64,000 bases of DNA from a virus (lineage: Duplodnaviria; Heunggongvirae; Uroviricota; Caudoviricetes). Positions within the stretch are counted from its first letter, which is position 1. Each line of letters begins with the position of its first letter. The translations under genes and the position numbers were made by a program. This document shows, piece by piece, positions 55,002 through 63,581 of the stretch. The stretch is taken from the IMG/VR virus record IMGVR_UViG_3300022750_000190, one strand, 5' to 3'. The notes beneath the pieces are model-generated. The model was not told the DNA's origin, did no database searches, and saw only the letters and a program-made list of their open reading frames with translations.

Positions 55002-55697
55002 ATGTTCTCTGAAACCCCAAAGCCAAAAACCCCAATGTACTTCCTGAAAAACCAATTGGCTGTGTTTAAAGCTTTTCCTTTCGTAACTTTTAAAATGTTG
55101 AACCGCAAAGGTGGTGGTTATACTTTTGTAGGCACTCAAATGTTTGAGCAAAAACCTATCACTTTCGATTGTATCTACATTTTCAACCTGAAAAATTCAA
55201 GATCCAGTTTTTCCTTTAGCTTCAATTTCTTTGAAGGTGAACAGACTGTTCGAGCAACATTCCGTCCTGACCAAAATGCTGGCGTTGAATACACCAAAGA
55301 ATATTCCGTAAAAGATATGAAAGAAATGATGAATTCTTTCACTGAAAAATATAAAGATGTTTCTTTTGTAAATGAACAAGCTAAATTCACAAAAGCATTT
55401 ACAGAGCATTTCAATATCACTCTTAGCTGTGATATTCCACAAGATGAAGTGAAAAAGCTGTGTGGTAAGTTTGGCGCTTTGTTCATTGATGTGAACACCC
55501 AAATTAATCGGGCTGATATTCTTCTTAAAAAAGCGGATAAAACAAAAGGCAAAAGCGAATCTGATAAAAACGCATTTATTGAACTTTGTAAACAACGTGA
55601 TGAAGCTTACAAAGTTAAAAGCCGTCTGCTTACAGTTGGTCTTTTGGAGGCTCCACAAATCGTTCGAAAACAAGTTCTTAAAACATTTGCTGCGTAA
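55002..55697 (+). CDS. hypothetical protein, probable distant paralog of 8564/9519
   Basis: KTPM, SFSFSFNF, APQIV end. Confidence 0.7.
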   Translation: MFSETPKPKTPMYFLKNQLAVFKAFPFVTFKMLNRKGGGYTFVGTQMFEQKPITFDCIYIFNLKNSRSSFSFSFNFFEGEQTVRATFRPDQNAGVEYTKEYSVKDMKEMMNSFTEKYKDVSFVNEQAKFTKAFTEHFNITLSCDIPQDEVKKLCGKFGALFIDVNTQINRADILLKKADKTKGKSESDKNAFIELCKQRDEAYKVKSRLLTVGLLEAPQIVRKQVLKTFAA

Positions 55698-55703
55698 GCG
55701 GTG

Positions 55704-55762
55704 TGACTAGTATTCTAGGCATAACAGGCTAAAAACAGTCTTAATGCATAGAATACTAGTCA
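55704..55762. repeat. 14-bp perfect inverted repeat / long hairpin
   Basis: TGACTAGTATTCTA (55704-55717) / TAGAATACTAGTCA (55749-55762) with further internal pairing. Confidence 0.85.
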
Positions 55763-55839
55763 TTACAATAAGTCGTATCGTTGCTTTTAAATACCATTTA
55801 AGCTATAATAGTGCATCTTAAACGAACAGGTTATCCCAA

Positions 55840-56397
55840 ATGTCAGACCTTACTCAAAATCTCAGCAAACAAGCATTTTTGTCTGGCGATAATCGTTCTC
55901 GAAAAATCACTGTCGATAAAAACGAAATCCGGCAACTATGCGCCTCGTTCTTCAAAATTGCAGAAGGTGAATACACTGAACTTCATAACCAAGTCAATTT
56001 GGCTCATGAACTTCTTCGTGCAACTGGTGAATCCTTTGATGAAATCCAAGAAGCTTGTGATTACGAAGGGCTTGCACAAGACATTATCGTTAAAAACATT
56101 ATTAGCACTTATGGTCCTTGTGCAACAATCTTTGAGCGAGTCAAAAACCTCGAATTGCTGACCAACTATGACACAACACCTTTCAAAGTAAACAACAACC
56201 TTATTATTGATGTTTGTTTAGCTTATGAAGAGGCAGAGTCCAAAGACTTCACTAATCTGAAATACACTTTGAAGCGTTATCAAGATGATATTCAAAATCA
56301 CTATGATACATTTTTGAAAATCAAAGCAGAAGTCGAATATTCAGAAGTTCAGGTCATCGTTGACAGTATTATTAAATATATTGAATCAAAAAGATAA
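55840..56397 (+). CDS. hypothetical protein
   Basis: 185 aa. Confidence 0.75.
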   Translation: MSDLTQNLSKQAFLSGDNRSRKITVDKNEIRQLCASFFKIAEGEYTELHNQVNLAHELLRATGESFDEIQEACDYEGLAQDIIVKNIISTYGPCATIFERVKNLELLTNYDTTPFKVNNNLIIDVCLAYEEAESKDFTNLKYTLKRYQDDIQNHYDTFLKIKAEVEYSEVQVIVDSIIKYIESKR

Positions 56398-56407
56398 GAA
56401 GAATTAC

Positions 56408-56827
56408 ATGGCTCGAATTTATCGTTATTCCAATACTGGATTTGAGCCACAAACCCAAACTCATCTTATCAAAAAGTCAAATACAACTCTTGAAGAATTA
56501 CACGCACATTGCGAAAACGATTTTCAAAAATCTCTCATTTCTTTGTCTTTCAGAAAGCCAGATCCTGATTTTGAATATTCTGGTGTTTTTGTTTTCTTAA
56601 AATATCCCAGCATTGGAGATAGAAATTTCTATTTAAATCATCTAGAAAAAACAATCAATAAAGAGTCTATTCAATTTTTCGAGACAGAAATTGATGACGA
56701 ATCTATTTGTTATCTGGATAATGGTTTTGTATATCATGCTGAAAACAAAACGACTATTAAAGACGCTTTAGCTAGAGGCTACGAAACAGTTTATATTCCC
56801 GCATCCCAACTCAAAAACATTCTTTAG
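56408..56827 (+). CDS. hypothetical protein
   Basis: ATG 56408, IYRYSNTGFEPQ start. Confidence 0.7.
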   Translation: MARIYRYSNTGFEPQTQTHLIKKSNTTLEELHAHCENDFQKSLISLSFRKPDPDFEYSGVFVFLKYPSIGDRNFYLNHLEKTINKESIQFFETEIDDESICYLDNGFVYHAENKTTIKDALARGYETVYIPASQLKNIL

Positions 56828-56909
56828 AACTCTTATTTTGTTGACTTTGACCCTGTTTTGTGGCATTATAATAACAACAGAAATCATACGATAATCAAGG
56901 TATTCCATA

Positions 56910-57371
56910 ATGTTCTCTTTCATCACTAAAGCTCTCAAAGCCCGAAAAGAACGTAAAATTTCTCTCAAAATGGCCAAAATTGAGGAAAAGCGTCTTGCCA
57001 AAATCAAAGCAGACGAAGAAGAGAAACAACTTGAAGCTCAACTTATTGCTCGCGAAGCAAAAATCCCAAGAGTAAACATTCCGAAAGAATTGGCTCAGCG
57101 TATTGTTGATTCTTTTTTAGAACTTGCTCGTTGCGTTCCTGATAACGATGAAGGCGATCACTATCATCGTGCCTACATGCGAGATGTAAAACTCATTAAA
57201 AACGCCATGAACAACAATAGTGGCTTTCGAGTTGATGTTTTAAAGCGTGCTGTTAATTCTTTCCTAAGTTTGGCAGCTTGTGTTCCAGATAATGATGAAG
57301 GTGATCGTTGGTATCATTTCTACAAAAAAGATGCACAAGATTTACAAAAATTCATCAATCAAAAGGTTTGA
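56910..57371 (+). CDS. hypothetical protein with two-fold internal repeat
   Basis: SFLELARCVPDNDEGD and SFLSLAACVPDNDEGD. Confidence 0.8.
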   Translation: MFSFITKALKARKERKISLKMAKIEEKRLAKIKADEEEKQLEAQLIAREAKIPRVNIPKELAQRIVDSFLELARCVPDNDEGDHYHRAYMRDVKLIKNAMNNNSGFRVDVLKRAVNSFLSLAACVPDNDEGDRWYHFYKKDAQDLQKFINQKV

Positions 57372-57376
57372 TAACA

Positions 57377-57655
57377 ATGAATACTAACATTAAGCTTTCG
57401 CAAGTTCCATCCGAATATCAAATGTTGGTTTTAAAATATCGTTCTCTTTTGAAAACTTCGATTTACTTTATGGAAGAGTTTTTCAAAACACTTTCTTTTG
57501 ATGATTCTCGCCATGTCAATGACTCTATCAATAAAGTTGTTGGTGCTCAATCTATGATTAAAATCCTCTTCGATAATGGTACTTTTTGCATGCCAACTAT
57601 TGTCATTGAAGACCAAGAAAAATTCGAACATTATCGTAAACAAATTTCTCTCTGA
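57377..57655 (+). CDS. hypothetical protein
   Basis: ATG 57377, AAGGT RBS. Confidence 0.7.
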   Translation: MNTNIKLSQVPSEYQMLVLKYRSLLKTSIYFMEEFFKTLSFDDSRHVNDSINKVVGAQSMIKILFDNGTFCMPTIVIEDQEKFEHYRKQISL

Positions 57656-57669
57656 TAAGGAAAAATAAA

Positions 57670-57975
57670 ATGACAGTATTACTAAAAAAACATCAAAAAG
57701 TTCTTTCTTTCATGGAAAACAAAGGCATCCCTTTGCTTGAAGAAAATATTGTTGACCATAAAATCCATGCTGGTTGGAAAATGGCTAATGTTCAAGTAAA
57801 TGGTGTTTCCATCATGACTGGTAATTTTTGGGATTTCTATCCGGGTTGCCATGGCATTGCATTACCTAATTTTAACAATTCAAAAGATTTAGCAGAAATT
57901 TTTAATGATGCTTTAAAAGCTTTCGGCAAAAAAAGCTCTATTGTTGTTGATAAAGAATGGGTTTATACTTACTAA
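57670..57975 (+). CDS. phage-type hypothetical protein
   Basis: GNFWDFYPGCHG motif. Confidence 0.75.
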   Translation: MTVLLKKHQKVLSFMENKGIPLLEENIVDHKIHAGWKMANVQVNGVSIMTGNFWDFYPGCHGIALPNFNNSKDLAEIFNDALKAFGKKSSIVVDKEWVYTY

Positions 57976-57993
57976 GTTGAATACATTCATCGC

Positions 57994-58017
57994 AAGCCAC
58001 TTAATTGTGGCTTTTTT
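57994..58017 (+). terminator. GCCAC-family terminator
   Basis: AAGCCAC-TTAATT-GTGGCTT plus T-tract. Confidence 0.8.
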
Positions 58018-58035
58018 GTATGCACAGGCGTATAA

Positions 58036-59121
58036 TTGTCAAAACGACATAAGGTGAGTATTGTGCAACAATATGCTTTGAGCGGAAAACGGGTTAAAGA
58101 AATAATCTCCGTTTTGAGACAATCCCTTCCTAAATCTGTAATTTATATTTCAGATCTAGAAGCCAATACCAGAATCGAAAACGTCAATTTTTGCGAAATC
58201 ACTGGACTTGCTTTTGATTGCGTCAAAGATATGTTTTTTGTTCCTGTCGATCCCTTTTCTGAATCTCGGATTATTAACGTTTACAATATTGCAGTAGTTT
58301 GCAAAGATGCTTATAGCTTTTATAAAAAAATCTATCAATATATTCTGGATAATCCTGATTTCCCAAATATTGAAGATTACAAGAAAAGTCATCTTCGTTT
58401 TCAACTAACAAAAGAAAATATTCTTTCTGATTATCCAGAAAAAGAAAGAATTGAAATTTTAGATTACTCTTTTCTATTTGATAATATAGGGCAAAAAAGC
58501 CGCAAGGAACGAATCAAAGACGCTCTTGCAATAGCTCTTGATTCACCTGTTATTAATAACTTACAGCCCCTGAAACCAAAGAACCCTATTAACCGCAATG
58601 TACCTGCTCTTAATGCTAAACCAAAGAAATCCAAAACAACAGATGAACTTTACAGCGAAAGAACAATTAAAAGACGCATCAGGGATTTTAATGACCGTTC
58701 TAACGCCAAAGGCTTAACATGCAACATGACCTTTGAAAATTCAAAACATCTTTTTTCATTCAAATATTGCCAATTAACTGGCATGAAACTTGATCGAAAC
58801 AAGAATTCAAAACATGCTTTGCCTAATTCTTTTACGATTGACAGGCTCAATCGTTTTGAAGGTTACACCGTAGCTAATACTATTGTTATGTGCTATGAAG
58901 CAAACCAGATTAAATCAGATTTGGAACGCCATAATTACACTGAAAACTTGTCTCAACTCATTAGAATTCTTGATGAAACAAAACGACGAGTTCTTAATAA
59001 ATACAAAGACAACTCAGAATATAAATTTAAAACATCAAAATTGAAAGCACCTTCTGATCTTGTAGGAAGCTACAAAGATAAGAAAAAGAAACAACTTGAA
59101 AATAGATTTCATATAGCTTGA
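58036..59121 (+). CDS. protein with C-terminal His-Me finger / T4 Srd-like domain
   Basis: KRRI...AKGL..NMT...CQLTG...TIDRLN..EGY...NT...C..AN..K. Confidence 0.55.
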   Translation: MSKRHKVSIVQQYALSGKRVKEIISVLRQSLPKSVIYISDLEANTRIENVNFCEITGLAFDCVKDMFFVPVDPFSESRIINVYNIAVVCKDAYSFYKKIYQYILDNPDFPNIEDYKKSHLRFQLTKENILSDYPEKERIEILDYSFLFDNIGQKSRKERIKDALAIALDSPVINNLQPLKPKNPINRNVPALNAKPKKSKTTDELYSERTIKRRIRDFNDRSNAKGLTCNMTFENSKHLFSFKYCQLTGMKLDRNKNSKHALPNSFTIDRLNRFEGYTVANTIVMCYEANQIKSDLERHNYTENLSQLIRILDETKRRVLNKYKDNSEYKFKTSKLKAPSDLVGSYKDKKKKQLENRFHIA

Positions 59122-59179
59122 AATTCTATTGTAATTTTCAATAGACAGTGGTATTATCATTTTTTAAAGGAGATATAAA

Positions 59180-59341
59180 ATGAAAGCAGTATTGACTAAA
59201 AACGAATTTGTAACAAATTTCATTGAAACACGTATTAAGGAAGCTACTCGACCAAGTTTCTGTTCCACAAAAGAAGGTCGAAATCTTTTGACTCAACATG
59301 CTTTGGCAATGTATCAACTGTATGTAAGATCTTTTCGTTAA
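59180..59341 (+). CDS. small hypothetical protein (53 aa, not in ORF track)
   Basis: AAAGGAGA RBS, MKAVLTKNEF...YVRSFR. Confidence 0.7.
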   Translation: MKAVLTKNEFVTNFIETRIKEATRPSFCSTKEGRNLLTQHALAMYQLYVRSFR

Positions 59342-59400
59342 TAGCTTTACAGGAAAGTCTACTTTTGGTATAATGTTCATACACAAACAAGGATATAAAT

Positions 59401-59568
59401 ATGAGAAACTTGGCTTGCCGTATTGACAAAATGGGACCGGGTGGTCGTAAATGTACTTGCTGCAACGAATTTCATGGCAAGTCCAAGCCTATGCTTAACC
59501 GCATTGTTCGTCGCCGTCTGAATGCACACTTCGACAAAGAAATCCGTGCGGAACTTTCTCCAGAGTAA
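59401..59568 (+). CDS. small basic Cys protein (55 aa, not in ORF track)
   Basis: GPGGRKCTCC motif, Arg-rich helix; promoter, RBS and terminator present. Confidence 0.75.
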   Translation: MRNLACRIDKMGPGGRKCTCCNEFHGKSKPMLNRIVRRRLNAHFDKEIRAELSPE

Positions 59569-59586
59569 ATTTCATTAACTTCCTAG

Positions 59587-59608
59587 AGCCACTTTCGAGT
59601 GGCTTTTT
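59587..59608 (+). terminator. GCCAC-family terminator
   Basis: AGCCACT-TTCG-AGTGGCT plus T-tract, same as 6535. Confidence 0.85.
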
Positions 59609-59628
59609 AATTCAAAAGAGACAACAAA

Positions 59629-60111
59629 ATGAGCCTATCAGAGAACTTTATTAAAAATCAACGCTATCTCGATAATTGGTGTGAGCAATCGCTTTCTGTT
59701 CGTGTTTTCCAAAAAGAAATTGAAACTATTTATCAAACTAAAAATCCATCTGGCAGAATTACGCCTAAAAAACAAAAAGAACTTCTTGATTTGGTAGTTC
59801 AAGACAATTTCTTTGTTTGCTGGTGCAAAAGTAAAACATTGCCACAGTCTTTGTGGAATCAGACAGACAACGACGAAATCAAAACAGATACAGAAGAGTT
59901 TGACATTCCATTCGAGGAAATTAAAGTAAAGCTTCTCGAAAAAATGAAAGAACTAAACATCAATATCGAGAAAAATAGCATCAACGAACTTATTCCATTT
60001 TTGATTAGCTTTAAATCAGAAGAATTCTGGATTAACGAATACTATGGTGAAAGCGTAATGCTTCAATATATCTACATGAGTAATGATGCATTGAAAGGCA
60101 TGACCAAATAG
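59629..60111 (+). CDS. hypothetical protein
   Basis: 160 aa. Confidence 0.75.
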   Translation: MSLSENFIKNQRYLDNWCEQSLSVRVFQKEIETIYQTKNPSGRITPKKQKELLDLVVQDNFFVCWCKSKTLPQSLWNQTDNDEIKTDTEEFDIPFEEIKVKLLEKMKELNINIEKNSINELIPFLISFKSEEFWINEYYGESVMLQYIYMSNDALKGMTK

Positions 60112-60209
60112 TAGCGTTATAACATAACAATAAGCGTTTTCATTCGAAAACCCTTCCCTTTATATCCAAATTGGGTTATAATAAGCCATCTTAAATAAGG
60201 TGGCTTATT

Positions 60210-60344
60210 ATGAATCGTGCAAAACCATTGAGCAAAAAGAATCAGCAGAAAATGAATGCTGCTCTTACAGCTTTCTTTAAACCTCTTGATTCGGATAAGA
60301 AAGAACCGAAGCAAAAAGAACTCTTAGATACTGATATTCGTTAA
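60210..60344 (+). CDS. small basic hypothetical protein (44 aa, not in ORF track)
   Basis: AAGGTGG RBS, MNRAKPLSKK...DTDIR. Confidence 0.55.
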   Translation: MNRAKPLSKKNQQKMNAALTAFFKPLDSDKKEPKQKELLDTDIR

Positions 60345-60396
60345 ATCTGAATCATCAATATTTCATTTAAAATTATCAAAATTAGGTAAAGCCAAA

Positions 60397-60753
60397 ATGG
60401 GAACATTAAAAAGCTGGTTTGTAGATGGACAGAATGGTCAGGTTGAAGTGGTTGAAGCAAATGACCTTCGCGAATCTTTGACACTTTACGAAAAGCTTAA
60501 AGCAAAGTTCACAGAGTCTCAGCAAGCAGGCTTTTGGGGTAGGGCAGCAGCTAGGCAGGTTATTGCAAACCGCAAGCTCAAAGACCGAAATGATGCTCTG
60601 CAGGCTCGCTTGGACGCTATTGATAACATCCTGAGCGAAGAGAACGGTGAAGTTTCGCCAGATTATTTTGACAAGTTGTGGGTTGCTCTACATCCTACTC
60701 GCAAAGGCTATGAATATGTAGGTTTGCCTGTTCCAGAAGGTATTAAAGAATAA
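60397..60753 (+). CDS. hypothetical protein
   Basis: 118 aa. Confidence 0.75.
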   Translation: MGTLKSWFVDGQNGQVEVVEANDLRESLTLYEKLKAKFTESQQAGFWGRAAARQVIANRKLKDRNDALQARLDAIDNILSEENGEVSPDYFDKLWVALHPTRKGYEYVGLPVPEGIKE

Positions 60754-60869
60754 ATTGATTATCACAGAAGATAATCATATCTCAATTGCATTTTTACATA
60801 ATCTTTAATTGTTGACTAATTGCACTATCTTAGATACAATTAGTTCAATATTTCATAAGGTAATTAAAA

Positions 60870-61604
60870 ATGCTCAAATATGCCGTATCAATTTTCGCCT
60901 CGCTATTAATATCTATTTTTGCTTTCGCTAATGAGGCAGATGAATTTCCAGAAGATGGACCTTCTCGCGAAATGACTGCTTACATGCAGGGACAAAGCGA
61001 ATTCCCACCAAATATTGACTACATTATTGCTAATCTTGGAAAACGAGATAGTTTTAAAGTCGGTGTGCCTTTAGACAACATTATCCTTAAAGAAGATTCG
61101 ATTCTTAATAATTATAAAATAATTTCAAAAAAACAAATTGGCAATAACGTTATTGTAGAAATTGACACCACAAGCAAAAAAAGTAACTTTACACAGCCAA
61201 CTATTCAAAACCAAAACTTTACAGTATCAAACAAAAATTACTCTCTTGACTATTCTTATGGTTACGGATATGTTTTAGCCGCTAGCATTGATATTATATC
61301 TGATGGCAATATATCTGATGATGAATACTATAAATATACATCAGAAAAAATATCTAAATTGCTTATAAAAAAGGGGTTTATTGAAAAAAAACAATCCTTT
61401 AGTTTTTCAAAGTATAAGGTTTTTGAAAAAGGTGATATTGTTGTTCTCATTACCGATAATAGTAATATTAAAGCAAATAACTATTTGGTTTTAGTCAGTA
61501 TCACAAATAAAAAAGTTGTAAAAGAAGCAGCGGAATCTCTAGAATACAATTCAAAAATGTATGACAACCAAAGAGAAAAAGATATTGACCGCATTTTCAA
61601 ATAG
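60870..61604 (+). CDS. exported hypothetical protein
   Basis: Signal peptide ending AFA. Confidence 0.75.
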   Translation: MLKYAVSIFASLLISIFAFANEADEFPEDGPSREMTAYMQGQSEFPPNIDYIIANLGKRDSFKVGVPLDNIILKEDSILNNYKIISKKQIGNNVIVEIDTTSKKSNFTQPTIQNQNFTVSNKNYSLDYSYGYGYVLAASIDIISDGNISDDEYYKYTSEKISKLLIKKGFIEKKQSFSFSKYKVFEKGDIVVLITDNSNIKANNYLVLVSITNKKVVKEAAESLEYNSKMYDNQREKDIDRIFK

Positions 61605-61622
61605 TTATCATAGACCTATCTA

Positions 61623-61651
61623 TTGACTAGATAGGTCTTTTTCATTATAAT
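61623..61651 (+). promoter_or_regulatory. sigma70 promoter embedded in a terminator hairpin
   Basis: TTGACT-17 nt-TATAAT, -35 forms the loop of AGACCTATCTA/TAGATAGGTCT. Confidence 0.75.
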
Positions 61652-61679
61652 ACAACCATCTAAACCCTAGGATTAAACC

Positions 61680-62192
61680 ATGAAATCACCAATCAAAATG
61701 AATATTCCAACCAATATTGCAAGTTGGTCATGCATTGGAGTTAATGGCGAATTCCCAAGAGGTCATGGCAATTACATTACAACATTCAATGAAAAACACG
61801 AAAAGTTTGCAATTGTTAATCTAAGCTACGAAGATCTTGAAGATGCTATAAAATTAGGTTTGGTTGGCGAAGAAATGGAAGCTGATGTATATGCAGTTTC
61901 GGAAGAAAACTATAGCAAACACGAAAAAATCCGATATGTTGCTTTCATTACTGATAAACGTTTTCCTGAAAAATGCTTAACGCCCGAATGGTGGTATAAT
62001 GGTGCTGGCAAATTTTCTGTTGAAATATTAAAGAAAAAATACAATATTCTTGATACTGAGTGTCTTTGTGAAAACAAAGAATTTCATGATCATACAATTT
62101 TCTGGAGTGCGTTGGATTACCAAAACAATCTCAAAAAAGGAAAATGTCTCCAATGCAGCAAACAGTTCGAAAGCCCCATTAAAAACGATTGA
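61680..62192 (+). CDS. hypothetical protein with C-terminal Cys cluster
   Basis: CLC...H...CLQC. Confidence 0.75.
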   Translation: MKSPIKMNIPTNIASWSCIGVNGEFPRGHGNYITTFNEKHEKFAIVNLSYEDLEDAIKLGLVGEEMEADVYAVSEENYSKHEKIRYVAFITDKRFPEKCLTPEWWYNGAGKFSVEILKKKYNILDTECLCENKEFHDHTIFWSALDYQNNLKKGKCLQCSKQFESPIKND

Positions 62193-62217
62193 CCTTTCAC
62201 AAACAACACACTATAAT
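62189..62217 (+). promoter_or_regulatory. sigma70 promoter for creA
   Basis: TTGACC-17 nt-TATAAT. Confidence 0.75.
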
Positions 62218-62248
62218 ACAACCACACAAACTAATAGGAACTATCAAA

Positions 62249-62716
62249 ATGCGTAAAACTCGTTTTCTGTCCATGGCTCTTGGTCTTTCTCTCTGCGTCA
62301 TGTCTGCAGTTTCCATGGCAGAAGAAATTGGTTCGGTTGACACTTCCTTTAAATGGGTTGGTCCTGATAACAAAATTGTTGTTCAAGCCTTTGATGATCC
62401 AGAAGTAACTGGCATTGCTTGCTACTTGTCCTCTGCAAAGACTGGTGGTATCTCTGGCGGTCTTGGTTTGGCTTCTGACACTTCGGATGCATCTGTTGCT
62501 TGCCGTCAAGTAGGACCGATCTCTTTTGACCCAAGCCTTAAATCTGGCAAGGAAGTTTTTACGCAGAAAAGCTCTCTGTTCTTCAAGAAGCTTCATGTCA
62601 TTCGCATGATTGATACGAAGCGTAAAGTCTTGGTGTATTTGACCTATTCTGACCATCTTGTAGACGGTTCTCCAAAGAACTCGATTACAGCCGTTAGTTA
62701 CGGCGCACCACAGTAA
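62249..62716 (+). CDS. creA: CreA family exported protein
   Basis: Signal peptide; AEEIGSV, AFDDP.V.G..CYLS.AKTGG, AS.ACRQVGPI, LVYL.YSD....GSP.N. Confidence 0.92.
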   Translation: MRKTRFLSMALGLSLCVMSAVSMAEEIGSVDTSFKWVGPDNKIVVQAFDDPEVTGIACYLSSAKTGGISGGLGLASDTSDASVACRQVGPISFDPSLKSGKEVFTQKSSLFFKKLHVIRMIDTKRKVLVYLTYSDHLVDGSPKNSITAVSYGAPQ

Positions 62717-62733
62717 CTTTTAAAATCAACACT

Positions 62734-62758
62734 AAAACCTCCTTTCTTGGAGGTTTTT
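62734..62758 (+). terminator. rho-independent terminator
   Basis: AAAACCTCC-TTTCTT-GGAGGTTTT. Confidence 0.8.
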
Positions 62759-62878
62759 CTTTTTCTGAATTGAACAAAACAGGACATATTTAGAAATCTC
62801 TTTCAATTATCAGATGATTGTGTTATAATGACTCATTAGTTTCTTACAATCAAACCTAATCACCATGAGAATTATTTA

Positions 62879-63358
62879 ATGAATAACGATTGGAAAAAAA
62901 TCTCTGATTCAGTATGGAAACATATTGATAACAATTGGCAGATTAAATTAGATGATAATTCTTGGGACCGTTGGTTTATCCATGAAAATGGTCTTAATAT
63001 ATATTGCGGTTGTTTAAGTGATTCCTTCGAATCGGCAATTGATATTGTTTCGGAAGATCTTGAACCACTGAATAATGATGAGTTGCAAATTGGTTCTGAT
63101 GGACTTCTAATTAACGCAACTCCTGATATGAGCATGTGGAAACAAAATGGCAATGAAGGTGATGAGTTTTTCTGGTGGAAATCAAATGGTATTCGGGTAA
63201 CTCTTGAAAGTGATGGTCTTTGGCATTTTTATTGCGAAGACTTGGAATTCGCAAATGTTTATGACGAAGCCACATTTGAAACATTAGAAAAAGCTTTAAT
63301 ATATGGTCATATGAATGTTTCAGAATATATAGCAAATGGTTGGGCGGATTCGTATTAA
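62879..63358 (+). CDS. acidic Trp-rich hypothetical protein
   Basis: Two loosely similar halves (WK...W.I......W). Confidence 0.75.
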   Translation: MNNDWKKISDSVWKHIDNNWQIKLDDNSWDRWFIHENGLNIYCGCLSDSFESAIDIVSEDLEPLNNDELQIGSDGLLINATPDMSMWKQNGNEGDEFFWWKSNGIRVTLESDGLWHFYCEDLEFANVYDEATFETLEKALIYGHMNVSEYIANGWADSY

Positions 63359-63385
63359 TATCGTCTAAAGATAAAAAACATAATC

Positions 63386-63416
63386 AAAGACCATCTTGAA
63401 AAAGTGGTCTTTTTTT
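63386..63416 (+). terminator. rho-independent terminator
   Basis: AAAGACCA...TGGTCTTT plus T-tract. Confidence 0.75.
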
Positions 63417-63581
63417 ATATAAAAAGTAACGTATATGGCACATATATCTCCTAATGCATCATATACGTTACATTTTCTTATTTGCGAGCCATATAGCTTT
63501 CATTTTATTCTTGAAAACCCCCTTCCCATTTACATCATTATAGTGTTATACTTGCTTCATCAAATTTATGGAATCACTCCT

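Noticed and set aside
56408-56827. Third ART-fold protein (IYR...GVFVF)
   Set aside because: Motif similarity is too weak to call without a profile search.
59138-60314. Minus-strand ORFs 59138-59386, 59244-59465 and 60117-60314
   Set aside because: They overlap better-supported + strand small genes that have RBSs and promoters.
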